From an uncultured virus (IMG/VR IMGVR_UViG_3300042890_004141) (taxonomy: Duplodnaviria; Heunggongvirae; Uroviricota; Caudoviricetes), in IMG/VR virus record IMGVR_UViG_3300042890_004141, positions 115,793-135,792 of that record: a DNA stretch of 20,000 nucleotides; one strand, given 5' to 3'. Below are positions 16,089-20,000 of the stretch, one piece after another; position 1 is the first letter of the stretch; every line of letters begins with the position of its first letter. The notes under the pieces are model-generated. The model ran no database searches and was not told where the DNA came from. It was given only the letters and a program-made list of their open reading frames with translations. The position numbers and the translations under genes are program-made.

Positions 16089-18579
16089 TTTTAATATTAT
16101 CCTCCCAATTACGTAATATAATACCCCCTATTTCAATTGCTTCTCTTTCAATTTTATCTAAATGACCATCTTCACTAGTATTGGTAGTATTAATATTACC
16201 TAATCTACCTTCTAAATTTTGCATATGATGCACCATTTCATGAGAAAAAGAACGTAAAACATCTTTTGGGTGTCTATTCATAGTGAATAAAGTTATAGAC
16301 TTATCAGCCGGATTGTAATAAGCTGTTTTACCCAAAAGATTGGATGCATTTTCTTTATCATCCTTTATAACCTTAATTTTAGGCAATGGTTTAATATTCA
16401 TTCCATTGTCCATCATATACTTAGTTAAAGATAACATCCCATCTTGGAGATTCCAATCTTCTTCAAAAGCTTCTTTAACAAAAGTTTCAACTAATTTATT
16501 TAAACCAAACAAATCTTCTTTTACAGGAGCAAAACCAGAACCATAAGGTAAAGCTGTTCCTGCTTGTGGATTTGATGCTTCTTTAATTGGAGGTAAGTTT
16601 AATGCTTTTAATCTTTTAGTCCATAAGTTAAGAACATCTTGTTTATCTTCACCTTCTAAACCTACTTTTTCAAAATAATCACTAATAATATCTTTAAAAG
16701 GTGTTTTAGATTTTTTAGCTTTTAAGTACATGCCTTGTAACATAGCATCTACTTCTTTTTCTAATTTAAAGTATTCGGCTTGAGGCAATAAACCCCAATT
16801 AATCATTTGTCTGATAGACTGGTCATTAGCCATTTCTTTAGAAGAAATAACATTTGTTCCTGACTGAGTTAAGTGTTCTATTTCATGTCTAACAACGTCT
16901 ATTAAGTCATTATATATAGTAGACCACATTTTAGGTAAATTCCGTGGGTCAACCTGGAATGTAACTTCTAAGTATGGAGGATCTAATTCCTCATTAGCAC
17001 CACCATCTACAATGTATGTTTTATCTTCTGTTTCTTCTAACTTTAAAACAGCTAAAAGTTCAAAGTCAATGGGTTGGCCTTTAGAATTTTCTAACTCATA
17101 GTCTTCCTCAAATCTTAACTCACCTTCTTTACCATTAAATTGACTTTTCCAACTATCCATTATGTCTTTAACTACTAATCTAGTTATAGAATCATAACGA
17201 CCTTCATTAAGTGTTTCTTTATCAGGTAAAATAGCTGTTATAAAGTTTGAGTTTTTTTCAAACCTCACACCTGGTATTGCTTTAGAAATAAATACTCTGT
17301 ATAAATTATCTCTTTGAGAACCAAAATCTTCCTCATCTGATTTTTTAGAAGGTGAATAGGAAATAGCTTTGGCTTTAAATTTCTTTGCATAATATTTAAC
17401 TATGTCTGTTATAGTGGCCATTACTCTATAAAGTTCACCTTTATTGACTATTATTTTAGCAGATGAACCTTGAGCGTCTTTAGGTTTAGCTAAAAACTCG
17501 ATTTCTAAAGCTTTGTAATTATTTAAATCATTATCAAAATAAGGAACAGTTGCTATATCTACACTATATTCAGTCTCACTCTCTGTTGTAAACTCAACAT
17601 AAGTAACCCAACCATCTACATCAACCTCTTTCCATTTGTATGGTTTAAGATTTGCCTCGCCTACCTCAAACACTAATTTAGGACTTGAAGACATAAAATT
17701 ATCTTTCCTCATAATAGTTTTAGCTATCGCTTTATTAGTCATGTTAAGGAAAGGAATGTTTAAGTCTGTTCTTTTATCTGTAGCAACAATCTCTTTATAT
17801 TTTTTAAAGAAATCAAAAAATTCTTTTTTGTTTTGACCTAATCTTTTAAAGAAACCAATTAATTGAGCTAAAGTAACATCTGAGTCTCTACCTGTTAGTC
17901 TATCAAAAACATGTTTTGAGGTTAAATCAACATCAATAGGGGCTAATTGTTTGTCAGCAAAAGCATCTGCTTGTTTTATTTGGTCAGGAGTAATTTCTTC
18001 TTTAACTAAGGGATAAATAATATCCCATATTTGTTCTTTTTCTTCAATATCTGGAATGAATTGGAAGAATTGTTCTTTATCTCTTGCTTTAAGGGCTTGT
18101 CTTGTTTTAGTGCCACTAATACCACCTGTTGAGGTAATCACTTTAACCTCAACATTTGTAACTTCAGGATATTTTTTTAATAAATTTTTTCTTTGCTCTA
18201 CATCTTTTATATCCCCTTTATCACCATCTCTAGCACCTAAAAACCAATATATTTTTTCTTCAGGATGTTTTTTAGCATAACGAATAACATCCATTGTTGG
18301 TTCTCCTTGTGGTGAAGGTTCAACATTGACTTTATCTGAGAGATAATTTTTATAAATATCCCAAATCTGGATTGATTTGTCTTGAGTGATTCTGATTCCG
18401 TCTCTAATACCTTTCCCAACAAATATCTTTAACTCGTCTATTTCAGGAAAATCACTTAATATTTGTTTAGCAACAGTAAAGTGACCTTTGGTAGGAGGTT
18501 TAAAACCACCACCATAAATAGCTACTGTTTGAGGCTCATCTAACAGTTCCTTAAGAAGGAATTTAGTTAGTTCATTCAT
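16081..18579 (-). CDS. Multi-domain protein: N-terminal HxGH (cytidylyltransferase-like) nucleotidyltransferase plus two unknown modules and two HExxH zincin-like modules
   Basis: YGGGFKPPTKGHF and ISGTKTRQAL (class I NTase motifs); VVRHEIEHLTQ...E and RSFSHEMVHHMQ...EREA. Confidence 0.8.
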   Translation of the reverse strand: MNELTKFLLKELLDEPQTVAIYGGGFKPPTKGHFTVAKQILSDFPEIDELKIFVGKGIRDGIRITQDKSIQIWDIYKNYLSDKVNVEPSPQGEPTMDVIRYAKKHPEEKIYWFLGARDGDKGDIKDVEQRKNLLKKYPEVTNVEVKVITSTGGISGTKTRQALKARDKEQFFQFIPDIEEKEQIWDIIYPLVKEEITPDQIKQADAFADKQLAPIDVDLTSKHVFDRLTGRDSDVTLAQLIGFFKRLGQNKKEFFDFFKKYKEIVATDKRTDLNIPFLNMTNKAIAKTIMRKDNFMSSSPKLVFEVGEANLKPYKWKEVDVDGWVTYVEFTTESETEYSVDIATVPYFDNDLNNYKALEIEFLAKPKDAQGSSAKIIVNKGELYRVMATITDIVKYYAKKFKAKAISYSPSKKSDEEDFGSQRDNLYRVFISKAIPGVRFEKNSNFITAILPDKETLNEGRYDSITRLVVKDIMDSWKSQFNGKEGELRFEEDYELENSKGQPIDFELLAVLKLEETEDKTYIVDGGANEELDPPYLEVTFQVDPRNLPKMWSTIYNDLIDVVRHEIEHLTQSGTNVISSKEMANDQSIRQMINWGLLPQAEYFKLEKEVDAMLQGMYLKAKKSKTPFKDIISDYFEKVGLEGEDKQDVLNLWTKRLKALNLPPIKEASNPQAGTALPYGSGFAPVKEDLFGLNKLVETFVKEAFEEDWNLQDGMLSLTKYMMDNGMNIKPLPKIKVIKDDKENASNLLGKTAYYNPADKSITLFTMNRHPKDVLRSFSHEMVHHMQNLEGRLGNINTTNTSEDGHLDKIEREAIEIGGIILRNWEDNIKNV

Positions 18580-18968
18580 TATTGCTTAAGTTTTTGAATT
18601 CTTTCTTTAGCAGTTGCTTTTTTCTTTTCAATTTCTTCTTTAGCTGAGCGAAAATCTTCCATAGCCTCTTCCATTTCTTTAAGATTAGTTTCATATGCTT
18701 TAATAGCTTCAGTAGCTGCTCTACGAGCATCTGATTTTTGCTTGTAAATGCCTAGAACACTTTTTTCATCTAGACCACCTCTAACTTGGTTAGCAAAGTA
18801 AGTCACAGTTGATTCAAATACTAAATCTTCAATAGTATCACCTTTTGATTTAGGTTTTTCAACTACAAAGAATTTACCAATTTCATCTACCATATTAGTT
18901 TCAGCTTCATCAATTGAGGTCATTTGTTTTTCTTCTATTTCATTTAATAGATCTAGTAATGTTTTCAT
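18579..18968 (-). CDS. Hypothetical protein with shared leader and C-terminal coiled coil
   Basis: Begins MKTLLDLLNE; translationally coupled on both sides. Confidence 0.75.
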   Translation of the reverse strand: MKTLLDLLNEIEEKQMTSIDEAETNMVDEIGKFFVVEKPKSKGDTIEDLVFESTVTYFANQVRGGLDEKSVLGIYKQKSDARRAATEAIKAYETNLKEMEEAMEDFRSAKEEIEKKKATAKERIQKLKQ

Positions 18969-19789
18969 TTGTTTATAAAGTTAGTGATTTTTGTTTTTGC
19001 TTGTTCTTTTGATACTGATGTATTTATAATGTTGTTTATTTCTTCCGAATTTAAAAATTCTTCCATTTGTCGGTTTAACTCTTTATTTAGTTTTTCAACT
19101 TTAGCTTGTTCCTTTTCTGTTTTAGGTTTAGCATCCGCAGGCTTAAATGGGTCAATATATTTTTGAAATATTTTTTCTATATCTTTTAATGTTTCATCTT
19201 TACCAGTGTTAGCAACAGATATAAAATTATCTCCAAATAATTGCTTATATTCATCAAAATTTTTATAAACTTGCAACCAAGTTCTATAAACAGCTGAAGG
19301 CATTAGACTTCTATCTTTACCACCTGATTTTTCAAAACGTTTTTCGTTTCTGTCTAGAGCTGTCTCTAAATCAGTATAAACAAAAAGCATCATAACATCA
19401 TAACCATTATCTATTAATTGATTATATAATGTTTTAGTTTGGTTATATGATGCTGAAGTGCCATCTAATATGAATGATTCTTTATTTTCTATGGTTTGCG
19501 GTATATCTCCTTTTATTTTTTTCTTTACATCACCCCCTAGTTTTTCTCTTGCTGTGTACATAGCAGACATAAACTTACTTCTATTTTCAGCGTCAGCTGC
19601 TTTTTGGTTTAGAGTAAAACCATCCTGCTTTGATAAAGCAGCTATTGTGTCATCTATATTTAGAATTTTAAACTTAGATAAGTCTAACTCTCTTGTGACT
19701 GATCCTTTACCAGCCCCGGGTGAGCCAGCCAAAATTATAGCTTTTGGCTTGCTTTGTACTTCTTTTAAGAGTGATATCAGTCCAATCAT
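18965..19789 (-). CDS. Zeta-toxin/PNK-like P-loop kinase (AAA_33-type)
   Basis: KAIILAGSPGAGKGS (Walker A), LNIDD, FILDGT (Walker B) and the ALDRNEKR lid. Confidence 0.8.
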   Translation of the reverse strand: MIGLISLLKEVQSKPKAIILAGSPGAGKGSVTRELDLSKFKILNIDDTIAALSKQDGFTLNQKAADAENRSKFMSAMYTAREKLGGDVKKKIKGDIPQTIENKESFILDGTSASYNQTKTLYNQLIDNGYDVMMLFVYTDLETALDRNEKRFEKSGGKDRSLMPSAVYRTWLQVYKNFDEYKQLFGDNFISVANTGKDETLKDIEKIFQKYIDPFKPADAKPKTEKEQAKVEKLNKELNRQMEEFLNSEEINNIINTSVSKEQAKTKITNFINK

Positions 19790-19803
19790 GGATACGGTTT
19801 GCC

Positions 19804-19836
19804 ATAAATATAATAAAAAAGGCTTGGATAACCAAG
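19804..19836 (-). promoter_or_regulatory. Composite promoter: CTTGGT-N18-TATATT overlapping ATATTTAT
   Basis: Minus strand reads CTTGGT TATCCAAGCCTTTTTTAT TATATTTAT, 14 nt upstream of ATG 19789. Confidence 0.55.
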
Positions 19837-19847
19837 CCCTTTCTTTT
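19815..19847 (-). terminator. Intrinsic terminator, potentially bidirectional
   Basis: GGCTTGG-TTAT-CCAAGCC hairpin followed by T6 on the minus strand; T-rich tail also present on the plus strand. Confidence 0.75.
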
Positions 19848-19878
19848 AAAGATTTTTTATTATATGTTGTATAAAAAA

Positions 19879-19998
19879 TTAATTAAGTTCTAATTGTTTA
19901 ATAAGAGATTGTACTTCAGGTTTTTTAAATAACTCTTGAGCTACTTTATTTCCTTCATCTGCTTTTTTCTTTAAATATTTTAAATAATTTTCTTTTTG
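19879..19998 (-). CDS. 3' end of a hypothetical protein (partial)
   Basis: Longest minus frame from the window edge: ...QKENYLKYLKKKADEGNKVAQELFKKPEVQSLIKQLELN*, ending just before the terminator. Confidence 0.6.
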   Translation of the reverse strand, partial: QKENYLKYLKKKADEGNKVAQELFKKPEVQSLIKQLELN

Positions 19999-20000
19999 TT

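Noticed and set aside
18237..18422. Short minus-strand ORF nested in the NTase gene
   Set aside because: Alternative-frame ORF inside a conserved catalytic domain with no independent support.
18579..19789. Epsilon/zeta toxin-antitoxin pair
   Set aside because: The small gene lies downstream rather than upstream and shows no epsilon similarity; the kinase motifs are generic for the zeta/PNK family.
1513..19874. Plus-strand ORFs in the track (e.g. 1513-1878, 4135-4476, 4406-4687, 7208-7594, 19458-19874)
   Set aside because: All are antisense shadows of longer minus-strand genes, with the S/F/L/I-rich composition expected from reverse-complemented K/E-rich codons and no recognisable motifs.
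730..19881. Stop-codon reassignment (none of the 25 gene ends uses TAG: 19 TAA, 6 TGA)
   Set aside because: Genes tile the window intact under code 11 with no TAG-broken frames, and TAG is rare in AT-rich genomes. There is no positive evidence here, though the whole genome could be checked.
1..20000. tRNA, rRNA, integrase or transposase
   Set aside because: None recognisable; intergenic gaps are too short except 4034-4139 and 19790-19878, which lack cloverleaf features.

Overview
AT-rich, densely packed phage DNA with all 26 credible genes on the minus strand, translated in standard code 11. It is most likely from a large T4-like (myovirus-type or jumbo) phage of a Bacteroidota host. Host clues are the lack of obvious Shine-Dalgarno sites, TTTG-N20-TA promoters, an Hc1-family gene and a Gln-exposing signal peptide. 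In transcription order (right to left) the window encodes a zeta-toxin/PNK-like P-loop kinase, an 832-aa multi-module protein (HxGH nucleotidyltransferase plus two HExxH modules), a HAD 5'(3')-nucleotidase, several acidic mosaic proteins, a small Hc1-like protein missed by the ORF track, a PD-(D/E)XK-like protein, DUF-type Cys proteins, a cupin, an FAD-dependent oxidoreductase, a NadR-like kinase, an overlapping membrane-protein pair and the 5' part of the large terminase. The most notable signals are: (1) a shared 'L-x-x-L/I-L/I-x-E' leader on most genes, also found internally, suggesting a protease-processed capsid-cargo/polyprotein system; (2) a compact pseudoknotted RNA element at 4072-4145 with a pistol-ribozyme-like order of helices and a mutually exclusive terminator fold; (3) two promoter classes that split the genes by apparent function. 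Family assignments come from motif recognition only; no database search was run.
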